Below, one piece after another: positions 8,386 to 17,167 of a DNA stretch of 48,134 bases. Position numbers and translations under genes: made by a program. The DNA lies in the NCBI GenBank assembly GCA_947647555.1, contig CANSKT010000005.1, positions 1 to 48,134 on the forward strand, in the 5' to 3' direction. The notes beneath the pieces were generated by a model that did not search any database, was not told the origin of the DNA, and was given only the letters and a program-made list of their open reading frames with translations. This DNA is from an uncultured Peptococcaceae bacterium (GTDB taxonomy: Bacteria > Bacillota > Dehalobacteriia > UBA4068 > UBA4997). The stretch's first letter is position 1. Every line of letters begins with the position of its first letter.

Positions 8386-8444
8386 TCTTTATTATATGCA
8401 AAAACAGCCTGAAAGTCAATATTTTAATAAAAATATCTTTGTTA

Positions 8445-8523
8445 AATCTTACAAAAATGTAAGATTGGCGGCCGAAAATGCAAGGTAAAACTACTGGTAC
8501 GCGTTGGCTGGCTATGATAAAAT
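8445..8523 (+). promoter_or_regulatory. BceR-type response regulator site plus extended -10 for the ABC transporter operon
   Basis: Perfect inverted repeat AATCTTACA-AAAA-TGTAAGATT (8445-8466) matches TNACA-N4-TGTAA. Secondary half-site TGCAAG lies 21 bp downstream; TG-a-TAAAAT at 8515-8523. Confidence 0.8.
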
Positions 8524-8581
8524 AAAGGCATAATAAGCTATAAAATAAATGTGTAGTTGTTAAAAACGGAAAGGAGCTATT

Positions 8582-9373
8582 ATGTCAATTTTAGAGGTAA
8601 ATGATTTGCAGAAAATTTACACCACGCGTTTTGGCGGCCAAAAGGTGGAGGCGCTGCAAAGCGTCAGTTTTAAGGTGGAAAAAGGCGAGTGGGTGGCTAT
8701 CATGGGGGAGTCCGGCAGCGGCAAAACTACGCTCTTGAATATGGTGGCGGCGCTAGACAGACCAACCGGCGGCACGGTGCTTTTAGACGGTAAAAATCTG
8801 GCGCAGATTAAGGAAAGCAGTATTGCTGCTTTTCGGCGTGATAATTTGGGCTTTGTTTTTCAGGATTGCAATTTGTTGGATACATTCTCGCTGGCGGATA
8901 ACATATATTTGCCGTTGGTGCTGGCGGCCATGCCATATAAGGAAATGGCGGCACGGATTGTGCCGCTGGCGGAGCGGCTGGGGATTGCCGGGCTGTTGAG
9001 CAAATATCCTTATGAAGTTTCCGGCGGCCAGAAACAGAGGGCAGCCGTGGCCCGGGCGTTGATTACCCGGCCGCAGCTGGTGTTGGCCGACGAGCCAACC
9101 GGTGCATTGGACTCCCGGGCGTCTGATGAACTTTTAGAACTGTTTCAGCAGATTAATGAGGACGGCCAAACCATTCTGCTGGTGACACATTCGGTTAAGG
9201 CGGCCAGTTATGCCGGCCGGGTGCTGTTTATCAAGGACGGCCGGGTTTTCCACCAGCTATATCGGGCGGAGCAATCGCGCCAGCAGTTTTATCAGAAAAT
9301 TACCGAGGCATTAACGCTGCTGACCAGTGATGGTGCGGCCGAAAATATCGCCGGAAAGGGCGGTGTGGCCTGA
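8582..9373 (+). CDS. BceA-like ABC transporter ATP-binding protein (antimicrobial peptide resistance type)
   Basis: Walker A GESGSGKTT, LGFVFQD, KYPYEVSGGQKQR, LADEPTGALDS, LVTH. Confidence 0.93.
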   Translation: MSILEVNDLQKIYTTRFGGQKVEALQSVSFKVEKGEWVAIMGESGSGKTTLLNMVAALDRPTGGTVLLDGKNLAQIKESSIAAFRRDNLGFVFQDCNLLDTFSLADNIYLPLVLAAMPYKEMAARIVPLAERLGIAGLLSKYPYEVSGGQKQRAAVARALITRPQLVLADEPTGALDSRASDELLELFQQINEDGQTILLVTHSVKAASYAGRVLFIKDGRVFHQLYRAEQSRQQFYQKITEALTLLTSDGAAENIAGKGGVA

Positions 9374-11475
9374 TGCGCGGTTTAGGTTTTTATCTGCGCC
9401 TGGCCGGACAGGGTATTGTAAAAAATGCTCGGGTTTACCTGCCTTATATTATTACCTGTCTGGGCATGGTGATGATGTATTATATTGTAGGCGCGTTGGA
9501 AAGCAGCAAAATTGTGGCCGAGATGCGCGGCGGCAGCACGGTTCAGGATGTTATGTCGCTGGGTGAAATGGTGATAGGCTTTTTCTCGCTGCTGTTTTTG
9601 CTTTATACCAATTCTTTTCTGCTGCGGCGACGCAAGAAAGAGTTTGGCCTTTATAACATTCTGGGCATGAGCAAACGCAATTTGGCCTGGGTGCTGCTGC
9701 TGGAGAATTTGATGGTGGCGGCGCTGGCACTGGTTGGCGGTTTGGGGCTGGGTATAGTTTTCAGCAAGCTGGCGGAACTTTCTCTGAGCCGTTTGCTGGC
9801 GGTGGGGCCAGATTTTGGCTTTGAAATTTCTATTGTGGCTATTATCAGCTGCCTGAAGCTTTATGGTCTGATTTTCCTGTTGCTGTTGCTAAACTCTTTG
9901 CGGCAGGTGCATATGGCGCGGCCGGTGGATTTGCTGCGCGCGCCCAATTTCGGCGAGCGGCCGCCGCGTGCTAACTGGCTGTTTGCGCTGCTGGGTCTGG
10001 TGTTGCTGGGCGTAGCTTATTGGCTGGCTGTCACAATCGAAGACCCGATTATGGCTCTGGGGCTGTTCTTTGTGGCGGTAATTTTGGTAATCATCGCTAC
10101 TTACCTGTTGTTTATGGCCGGTTCGGTGGCCTTTTGCCGGCTTTTGCAAAAAAATAAAAAGTTTTATTATCAGACGCGGCATTTTGTGGCCACGGGCAAT
10201 ATGCTTTTCCGTATGCGGCGCAACGGCGCTGGTTTGGCCTCCATCTGTATACTTTCCACCATGGTGCTGGTGATGATTTCTACCACGGGCTGTCTGTTCT
10301 GGGGCAAGGAAGACGCGCTTTTACAGCGTTATCCGCAGGAAATGATATTCTCGGTAAAAAATATTTATGATACGGATAATCCGGCCGACCCGGAATTTTG
10401 GGCGGCACGACAGCAATCGGTGGCGCAGTATCGCCTTATGATTGAGCAGGCAATGGCGGAACGCGGCTGGCAGGCGCAGAATGTTTTGGATTTTGTGCAC
10501 TTGGACGTGGCGGCCTTTAATCAGGAGGGGGAATTTCGTTTTGAGCCGGCGGTTTATGATGATGAAAGTTTTTTGCAGTCGTTTTCAGAGATAACAATGC
10601 TGCACTTTATTACGCTGGCGGATTATAATAATAGTATGAATATGGCGCTGGAGTTGCAGCCGAACGAAATTTTTATTTGTGAGGATTTGCAGCACCCATA
10701 CACGTTAACGAATTTGTATCTGCCACAGGCCTCGCAGCTGCCGGAATATCAGGTTAAGGCCACGCTGCCGGCTTTTCCGCCCACCTCAATCAGTGACAGT
10801 ATTTTGGGCGTGCAAGAACTTTGGCTGGTGCTGCCGGATATGGAGGCGCTGGAGGAGGTTTATGCAGCACAGGCCGGGGTATACCAGGAGGGGCGTTCAT
10901 TGGTTAGCTGGTATTATGCCTTTGATTTGCCGGAGGACGTTGACCCGGAGAACAGTATGGAAATAGTGGAACAGGTCTGGAATCAGGTTGACGAGCTTAA
11001 ATTTGCCGAGAGAGAGGCTGAATATCCGGTAAATTTATCTATTGGTTACAATGCGCGTGAAAGTGAGCGCGTTTGGTTTTACAGCATGAACAGCGGTCTG
11101 TTTTTTCTGGCGATTGTGCTGACGATTGTGTTTGTGACCGGGGCGCTGCTGATTATGTATTACAAGCAGCTGATTGAGGGCTATGAAGACCAGGCCGGTT
11201 TTGATATTTTGCGCAAGCTGGGCATGACGACCCGGGAAATTCGGCGCAGTGTTAACTGGCAGACGCTGATTTTGTTCTTCCTGCCGCTGCTGGTGGCCGG
11301 GATACATCTGGTTTTTGCTTTTCCAATGCTCTCGCAGCTGATTATGCTGTTTGGTGTAATGAATATAGCGCTTTTGAGCAAAATTTGTGTAATCTGTTAT
11401 CTGGTCTTTGCCATATTCTATATTCTGGCTTATCTGGTCACGGCGCGTCTTTATTATCGGATTGTCACCGCCTGA
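9373..11475 (+). CDS. BceB-like ABC transporter permease (FtsX-like domains, large extracellular loop)
   Basis: YTNSFLLRRRKKEFGLYNILGM, RMRRNGAGLASICILST, YYKQLIEGYED, LRKLGM, FFLPL; about 10 TM; translationally coupled to the ATPase. Confidence 0.93.
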   Translation: MRGLGFYLRLAGQGIVKNARVYLPYIITCLGMVMMYYIVGALESSKIVAEMRGGSTVQDVMSLGEMVIGFFSLLFLLYTNSFLLRRRKKEFGLYNILGMSKRNLAWVLLLENLMVAALALVGGLGLGIVFSKLAELSLSRLLAVGPDFGFEISIVAIISCLKLYGLIFLLLLLNSLRQVHMARPVDLLRAPNFGERPPRANWLFALLGLVLLGVAYWLAVTIEDPIMALGLFFVAVILVIIATYLLFMAGSVAFCRLLQKNKKFYYQTRHFVATGNMLFRMRRNGAGLASICILSTMVLVMISTTGCLFWGKEDALLQRYPQEMIFSVKNIYDTDNPADPEFWAARQQSVAQYRLMIEQAMAERGWQAQNVLDFVHLDVAAFNQEGEFRFEPAVYDDESFLQSFSEITMLHFITLADYNNSMNMALELQPNEIFICEDLQHPYTLTNLYLPQASQLPEYQVKATLPAFPPTSISDSILGVQELWLVLPDMEALEEVYAAQAGVYQEGRSLVSWYYAFDLPEDVDPENSMEIVEQVWNQVDELKFAEREAEYPVNLSIGYNARESERVWFYSMNSGLFFLAIVLTIVFVTGALLIMYYKQLIEGYEDQAGFDILRKLGMTTREIRRSVNWQTLILFFLPLLVAGIHLVFAFPMLSQLIMLFGVMNIALLSKICVICYLVFAIFYILAYLVTARLYYRIVTA

Positions 11476-11479
11476 AAAT

Positions 11480-11592
11480 TGTGTATTAATTTGTGGATAG
11501 TGTGAAAAATTAAAAAAATACTGCAAGATTTTGTGGAAAAAAACGGTATTTATAGTGAAAACAAAAAATGTGATACACATAGTTGTGGAAAG
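11480..11592. promoter_or_regulatory. Cluster of six DnaA-box-like 9-mers
   Basis: TGTGTATTA 11480, TGTGGATAG 11492, TGTGAAAAA 11501, TGTGGAAAA 11532 and TGATACACA 11571 (1 mismatch each to TTATNCACA); TGTGGAAAG 11584 (2 mismatches). Confidence 0.6.
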
Positions 11593-11606
11593 TTGAGGTG
11601 AACGAG

Positions 11607-12341
11607 ATGAAGAAATTTTGGCAGATTATGAAAGCTATGGTGCTGGCCGTTTTCTGTATGGGGCTGCTGGTTGGCGGAACCTTTACCTGGAAAGGTTGGC
11701 AGTTATATCGTCAGGTTGTGGAGGAGCAGCCGCTGGCGCAGGTTGTGGCCGAGGTTCGGGCGGCGGAGAATTATACTCGCCTGGAACAGCTGCCGGATTT
11801 CTACTTAAACGCGGTAGTGGCCGTGGAAGATAAGCGCTTTTATCGGCATGATGGCATTGACCCTATCTCCATTTGCCGGGCGGTACTGGCTGATGTGCGA
11901 GCAGGCTCCTTTGTGGAAGGTGGCAGTACGATTACACAGCAGCTGGCCAAAAATCTTTATTTCACGCAGGAAAAGAAGTTGGAGCGCAAAATTGCCGAGG
12001 TATTTGTGGCCTGGGATTTGGAAGAACTTTGCGAGAAAGATGAGATTTTGGAACTTTATGTTAACGATATCTATTTTGGCGCCGGGTATTATTGCATTCA
12101 TGATGCCGCGCAGGGTTATTTTAACAAGCTGCCGGCAGATTTGACCGACGCAGAGTGCGCTTTGCTGGCTGGTCTGCCTAATGCGCCCAGCGTGTATAAC
12201 CCCAAGAAAAATCCGGAGCTGGCGGCGCAACGTCAGCAGCAGGTGCTTAAACGTATGGTTAAATGTAATATGCTGACCCCGGAAGAAGCCAGCGACCTGG
12301 TTATCTTGGCTCAGCTTTTGGAGGCCTTTGAAACGCTTTAA
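11607..12341 (+). CDS. Monofunctional peptidoglycan transglycosylase (GT51)
   Basis: EDKRFYRHDGID, GGSTITQQLAKNL, RKIAE, KDEILELYVN, LAGLPNAPS; N-terminal TM; no transpeptidase domain. Confidence 0.93.
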   Translation: MKKFWQIMKAMVLAVFCMGLLVGGTFTWKGWQLYRQVVEEQPLAQVVAEVRAAENYTRLEQLPDFYLNAVVAVEDKRFYRHDGIDPISICRAVLADVRAGSFVEGGSTITQQLAKNLYFTQEKKLERKIAEVFVAWDLEELCEKDEILELYVNDIYFGAGYYCIHDAAQGYFNKLPADLTDAECALLAGLPNAPSVYNPKKNPELAAQRQQQVLKRMVKCNMLTPEEASDLVILAQLLEAFETL

Positions 12342-12354
12342 TAAGTTAAATATA

Positions 12355-12395
12355 ATAATAACAGCACAGGCGAACAAAACCTGTGCTGTTATTAT
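12355..12395. terminator. Bidirectional terminator between convergent genes
   Basis: ATAATAACAGCACAGG ... CCTGTGCTGTTATTAT, a perfect 16-bp stem. Confidence 0.85.
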
Positions 12396-12396
12396 A

Positions 12397-12678
12397 TTAC
12401 ATATCCGCAGTTACATTGTTAACGCCATTGCTGCCGTTACCATAAGTGCCGGTGCCGTAGGTGCCCATGCTGCCGTTGCCGCCATTACTGCGGCTGGTGC
12501 CGTTGGTGGCGCCGGTATAGCCGCTGTTGGTGCCCATACCGGTATAGCCATTGTTGGTATAGCTGGTTGGCGTGCCGGTTGTGCCGTTGCCATTGCTGCC
12601 GGTTTTATTATTGCTGCAGCCGGCCAGCGTCGTCATGAGCAGCAATGCGGCGGCCATAAGATAAGCAAATCTTTTCAT
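12397..12678 (-). CDS. Small Gly/Thr/Asn-rich lipoprotein, possibly forespore-expressed
   Basis: Signal peptide with lipobox LAGC; SD GGAGG; low-complexity mature part. SigG-like TTATA-17-CATACTA at 12750-12722. Confidence 0.78.
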   Translation of the reverse strand: MKRFAYLMAAALLLMTTLAGCSNNKTGSNGNGTTGTPTSYTNNGYTGMGTNSGYTGATNGTSRSNGGNGSMGTYGTGTYGNGSNGVNNVTADM

Positions 12679-12804
12679 TATTAACTTCCTCCGTTTATAA
12701 AAATTTTTTCTAACTGTTTGTTAGTATGCAGCTTTTTGGAGAAAGTATAATATGAATTTTTTGCCATTTATATGCGAATTATAGTTGAAAATATAATGAA
12801 ATAG

Positions 12805-12833
12805 AAAACCCTCAGTTCGCAGCTGAGGGTTTT
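12805..12833 (-). terminator. Intrinsic terminator downstream of the nucleoside kinase gene
   Basis: AAAACCCTCAG ... CTGAGGGTTTT. Confidence 0.85.
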
Positions 12834-12922
12834 TGTTTTGGTGTTTTTTACTTAGAATAAAAATGTTTACCGTTTATATATTCTGCTAATATTATATTAT
12901 TAAAAAATATTATTGTCAATGT

Positions 12923-14629
12923 TTAAACTTCAAAAACGCTTTCGCCTAAAAATTCCTGTAACAGCGAATAGGCCGGTACGGCTTTGGGGTCTGCTGGCAC
13001 AAAGCAGTTAGCCAGTTTGAGCAGGCGGCGCGCTTCGGGATAGGCCGGGCTGATTTCTGGTATCGCCAGCAAATGTGGTATAATCATGGGCGCCAGCAAA
13101 GAAAATTCATAAATCAGCGAGGTGTTGAAATAATAATCGGCCGCGTCCTGAAAAGGGAAAATGTTCTTTTCTTCGCCGTTGCGTACTTTGTTCCAGGTCA
13201 GCAGGGTTTTTTCCGCAGAAATGTTGCGGAATTTAACATCACGCACCAAACGGCGTATTTCCCGGTTATCGCTGGTGGAAATCGGCATTAAATTATCCAG
13301 GCTCAATGTGGTCATACAGGAAATATAAATTTTTAATTTGTTGGCGGCCGGAATATCTTTGGTTAAAGCTTCATTAATACCATGAATACCCTCCACCAGC
13401 AGGATATTATTTTCGCCCAGTTCCACAGGGATAGTGCGCTCTGAACGGGTGCCGGTTTTGAAATCAAAAACGGGCATTTCCACCGGCTGACCGCTAATCA
13501 GCTGTAAAAGGTGTTGATTAAACAGTGGGGTGTCGATAGCGGTTACGGACTCAAAATCCGGTTGGCCGTCCGGCCCCAGCGGCGTGTCGGCATTGTTCAG
13601 AAAGTAATTGTCCATGGAAAGGGTGATGGGGCGCAGGCCCTGATTGCGCAACTCAATAGCCAGACGGTTGCAGAAAGAGGTTTTGCCGGAACTGCTGGGG
13701 CCGGCAATCAGTACCAGACGCACCGCGGGGAATTTTTGGAAAATCTGGTCGGCAATATGCTGCAAGTTGCGCTCCTGGCGAGCCTCGGACATGATAACTA
13801 GACTGTGAAAATCATTTTTTTCAACATAGCGGTTCAAATCGCTGCAATAATTGATATTCTGCATATTTGACCATTTGCTGTAATTGTCCAAAGTGGCGTT
13901 CAGGCTTTTGGGATAAGCCAGCTGGTTTTTATTGCGCAAATCGCTGGGGGTGTTGTAATAATCGGTGAGAATAAAGCCGTCTTCAAAGGGGCAAAGACTG
14001 AATTTTTCCAGATAGCCGGTGCTGGGCACCAGTTTGCTGAACATTTGGCGCGTATGGTTGCCGATAGAATACAATGTTGCCTGTTTATCCGGGATTTTAT
14101 AAAGCGTTTGCGCCTTGGCAAAATCACCGCAGGCTTTAAAATAGCCGATGCCCTCGTTTTTGTTGATGATATCCTTGCGAATGGGCAGGTTAGCCTTGGC
14201 TAATTCTCGCATTCTTTTTTCAATACGGGCAATATCGCTGGCGGCCAGAGGGCGACTGCTGCCGTCTTCTGCCAGACGGCAAAAACGGCCATAACGCAGA
14301 GAGTGCATAACAGTCAGCTGATGTTTGGGAAAAAGTTCAGCGGCCGCGGCAGAAAGCAGCAGCGCTAATGAGTTATGCACAATACGGCTGCCCATTGGCG
14401 AGGTAGCCTCCAGCCATTCAATTTCTGAGGAGCAATAAAGCGGATAATTTAAGTCTTTAAGCAGATTGTTAACAATCGCGCCCACGATTGGCGAGCGATT
14501 GGCGGACTGTTCTTCCGCATTGGGCAGAAGCATATCGGGCTTCAGCTGTTCCAGACGCAGGCCGGGCGTACAGCTTTGGGTATATTCCCGGCCGTTCTGC
14601 TGCCAGGTTATGGTAATCTGTTGTTTCAT
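12923..14629 (-). CDS. Uridine/nucleoside kinase-family protein fused to a ThrRS N-terminal (TGS/editing-like) region
   Basis: C-terminal P-loop IAGPSSSGKTS, LSMDNYF, LVEGIHG, RRLVRD, GEEKNIFPFQ. N-terminal GAIVNNLLKDL and IEKRMRELAKANLPI resemble ThrRS-N. Confidence 0.88.
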   Translation of the reverse strand: MKQQITITWQQNGREYTQSCTPGLRLEQLKPDMLLPNAEEQSANRSPIVGAIVNNLLKDLNYPLYCSSEIEWLEATSPMGSRIVHNSLALLLSAAAAELFPKHQLTVMHSLRYGRFCRLAEDGSSRPLAASDIARIEKRMRELAKANLPIRKDIINKNEGIGYFKACGDFAKAQTLYKIPDKQATLYSIGNHTRQMFSKLVPSTGYLEKFSLCPFEDGFILTDYYNTPSDLRNKNQLAYPKSLNATLDNYSKWSNMQNINYCSDLNRYVEKNDFHSLVIMSEARQERNLQHIADQIFQKFPAVRLVLIAGPSSSGKTSFCNRLAIELRNQGLRPITLSMDNYFLNNADTPLGPDGQPDFESVTAIDTPLFNQHLLQLISGQPVEMPVFDFKTGTRSERTIPVELGENNILLVEGIHGINEALTKDIPAANKLKIYISCMTTLSLDNLMPISTSDNREIRRLVRDVKFRNISAEKTLLTWNKVRNGEEKNIFPFQDAADYYFNTSLIYEFSLLAPMIIPHLLAIPEISPAYPEARRLLKLANCFVPADPKAVPAYSLLQEFLGESVFEV

Positions 14630-14752
14630 ATTTCTAATACACCTCGATTTTAAGTTATTGATATTTAAACATTTAAACTTTGGACGATGTGAGTGTTGGA
14701 TATATATTTATTCTATTATAGTATAATATAATTCCGCCCCAAATGCAATAAA

Positions 14753-14779
14753 AAAGCAGAAACATTGCGTTTCTGCTTT
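14753..14779 (-). terminator. Terminator after the AGCS symporter
   Basis: AAAGCAGAAAC ... GTTTCTGCTTT. Confidence 0.8.
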
Positions 14780-14803
14780 AATTACATAAATTTGAAAAGG
14801 AAT

Positions 14804-16240
14804 TTATTCGTGCCAGCGAGAAAAGAAATGTCTTGACTCCGCGGCAACCACGCCGGAAAGCGCCACCAGCGCCACCAGGTTGGGGAAAGCCATCAGGCCG
14901 TTTAAGGCGTCGGCCAGCGTCCAGACGGTATTCAGCGCCAGGAAAGGGCCAACCAGAACCGCCAAAATCCAGAGATAGCGGTAGATTTTAACGATGGCCA
15001 TATTACCGTCGGTAAAGTATTCCACGCAGCGTTCAGCGTAATAATCCCAGCCCAGAATGGTGGTGAAAGCGAAGAACATCAGGCTCAAGGTTACGCAAAG
15101 CTGGCCGATGAACGGGGCAAAGGACATGCCCTGAGCGAATGCATAGGAGGTTACGGCTACGCCCTCCAAACCCTCCTGGAACCAGGCGCCGCTGATAATG
15201 ATGGTCAGGCCGGTCATGGTGCAGATAATGATAGTGTCAATGAATACGCCAGTCATGGAAACCAGACCCTGTCTTACGCAGGAGTTGGTGGAAGCGGCAG
15301 CGGCAGCAATCGGGGCGGAACCAAGGCCGGCCTCATTGGAGAAGATACCGCGGCCAACGCCTCGTGAAATTGCTTCTTTCAGTACTGCGCCGGAGAAACC
15401 GCCAATCGCAGCAGTGCCGGTGAACGCGCTGCTGAAAATCAGCGCAAATGCTTCCGGAACTTTGCTGGCATTGCAAACCAGAATAATTACACAAACGATA
15501 ATGTAGAAAGCGGCCATAAAGGGAACCACAATCTCGGCTACTTTGGCGATACGCTTGATACCGCCGATGATAACCAGACCCACCAGGAAAGATACGATAA
15601 CCGCCGTTAGTACGGTAGCCCAGGTATAATTTATATCGCCGATTGAAAAAGCGATGTTGGCTTTGTTGGGGTCAAACAGGGCTTCAACTGCACCGGCCAC
15701 GCCGTTAATCTGGGTTACCGTGCCGATACCCAACACACCAGCGCTGGCGCCGAAGAAAGCAAACATTTTGGCCAACCAGCGCCAGTTTTTGCCCATGCCG
15801 CGCTCAATGTAATAGAAAGGCCCACCCAAAACGTGGCCGTCCGGTTCAATGGTGCGGTATTTAATCGCCAGAAGACCCTCGGCATATTTGGTGGCCATGC
15901 CGAAGAAAGCGGCCAGCCACATCCAGAACAGTGCGCCGGGGCCGCCCAGACAGATAGCGGTGGCTACACCTACAATATTACCAGTGCCGATGGTGGCGGA
16001 AAGTGCGGTACATAACGCGCCAAAACTGGTAACCTCACCCTCGCCGTCCTGTTCATTTTGGAACATATAGCGCAGAGCGCGCGGCAGGCGGAGAACCTGC
16101 ACCAGACCGCTGCGTACGGTCAGCAGGATACCGGTGGCAAAGATTAGCACCATTAATGGCCAATCCCAAATCCAGGCGTCAGCCACATTAATAAACTCAG
16201 CAAGTTTTTCGCCAAGTACCTTTAAAAAATCCATCAACAT
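14804..16240 (-). CDS. Alanine/glycine:cation symporter (AGCS family)
   Basis: ALSATIGTGNIVGVATAI, GGPGALFWMW, GGPFYYI, RGIFSNEAGLGSAPIA, DTIIICTMT, FAFTTILGW. Confidence 0.95.
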   Translation of the reverse strand: MLMDFLKVLGEKLAEFINVADAWIWDWPLMVLIFATGILLTVRSGLVQVLRLPRALRYMFQNEQDGEGEVTSFGALCTALSATIGTGNIVGVATAICLGGPGALFWMWLAAFFGMATKYAEGLLAIKYRTIEPDGHVLGGPFYYIERGMGKNWRWLAKMFAFFGASAGVLGIGTVTQINGVAGAVEALFDPNKANIAFSIGDINYTWATVLTAVIVSFLVGLVIIGGIKRIAKVAEIVVPFMAAFYIIVCVIILVCNASKVPEAFALIFSSAFTGTAAIGGFSGAVLKEAISRGVGRGIFSNEAGLGSAPIAAAAASTNSCVRQGLVSMTGVFIDTIIICTMTGLTIIISGAWFQEGLEGVAVTSYAFAQGMSFAPFIGQLCVTLSLMFFAFTTILGWDYYAERCVEYFTDGNMAIVKIYRYLWILAVLVGPFLALNTVWTLADALNGLMAFPNLVALVALSGVVAAESRHFFSRWHE

Positions 16241-16465
16241 AACCTCCTGTAAACTTTATGTTTTAAATTTTAGCACATAAAACTGAAAAAAACAATATTT
16301 TAAGGTAATGTATACAAAGAATTTAGTAAAAACTTAAAATTTAAGGCACGCCTGTTTGGACTGGACAAATTGGGTTAATTGTGCTAAAATAAGCAAACAA
16401 TTTTAGTGTAAATGTATTTTTAACAGATATAAATAAGGTGTCTTGCTTTTAAGGGAGGGCTATTT

Positions 16466-17167
16466 ATGCTTTCAGTTTTTATTAACATGGGGACGATTTT
16501 GTTGGGCGGAATGTTGGGGCTGTTTTTTAACCGAAATTTCCCATCGCATATTGCTGATACGGTGATGAAAGGTCTGGCGCTTTGTGTGCTTTATATTGGT
16601 ATCAGCGGCGCTCTTGAGGGCAATTATATATTAGTGACCATAATTTCTGTGGCTCTGGGCGGCGCTTTGGGGGAATGGCTGGATTTGGACGGCCGTCTGA
16701 ACCGTCTTGGTCAGTTCCTGGAAGAAAAATTTGGCTCCAAAACAGCTTTGGCTGGTGCGCCGCGTAAATCGCTGGCGGAGGGTTTTGTTTCGGCCAGCAT
16801 GCTTTTTTGCGTGGGCGCTATGGCTATCGTCGGTTCTTTGCAAAGCGGTCTAACCGGCGACCACAGCACAATTATTGCCAAGTCGCTGATTGACGGTATC
16901 GCCGCTGTGCTGCTGGCTTCTTCTCTGGGCGCCGGCGTGTTGTTTTCGGCGGCCGCGGTATTTGTATATCAGGGCAGCATTGTATTGCTGGCGGAGATGC
17001 TGGAGCCGCTGCTGGACAGCGCTACCGTTGCAGAAATGTCCTGCGCTGGCTCGCTGCTGATTGTTGGTCTGGCTTTAAATATGCTGGATATCACCAAACT
17101 GAAAATTACCAACTACATACCAGCTGTATTTCTTCCTATTCTCCTCCTATATTTTTTTAAGTCTTAA
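16466..17167 (+). CDS. DUF554-family membrane protein
   Basis: GFVSASMLFCVGAMAIVGSLQSGLTGDH...AKSLIDG, GVLFSA, YQG. Confidence 0.88.
   Translation: MLSVFINMGTILLGGMLGLFFNRNFPSHIADTVMKGLALCVLYIGISGALEGNYILVTIISVALGGALGEWLDLDGRLNRLGQFLEEKFGSKTALAGAPRKSLAEGFVSASMLFCVGAMAIVGSLQSGLTGDHSTIIAKSLIDGIAAVLLASSLGAGVLFSAAAVFVYQGSIVLLAEMLEPLLDSATVAEMSCAGSLLIVGLALNMLDITKLKITNYIPAVFLPILLLYFFKS

Noticed and set aside
11476-11606. Replication origin oriC
   Set aside because: No dnaA, dnaN, rpmH or gidA adjacent and no perfect DnaA box; kept only as a box cluster.
12328-12684. 118-aa Ala-rich plus-strand ORF
   Set aside because: Antisense of the lipoprotein gene, which has the SD and lipobox; it also crosses a terminator.
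12835-12885. preQ1-I riboswitch-like stem plus A-rich tail
   Set aside because: The loop is too long, lacks the conserved preQ1 loop nucleotides, and the downstream gene is unrelated to queuosine.
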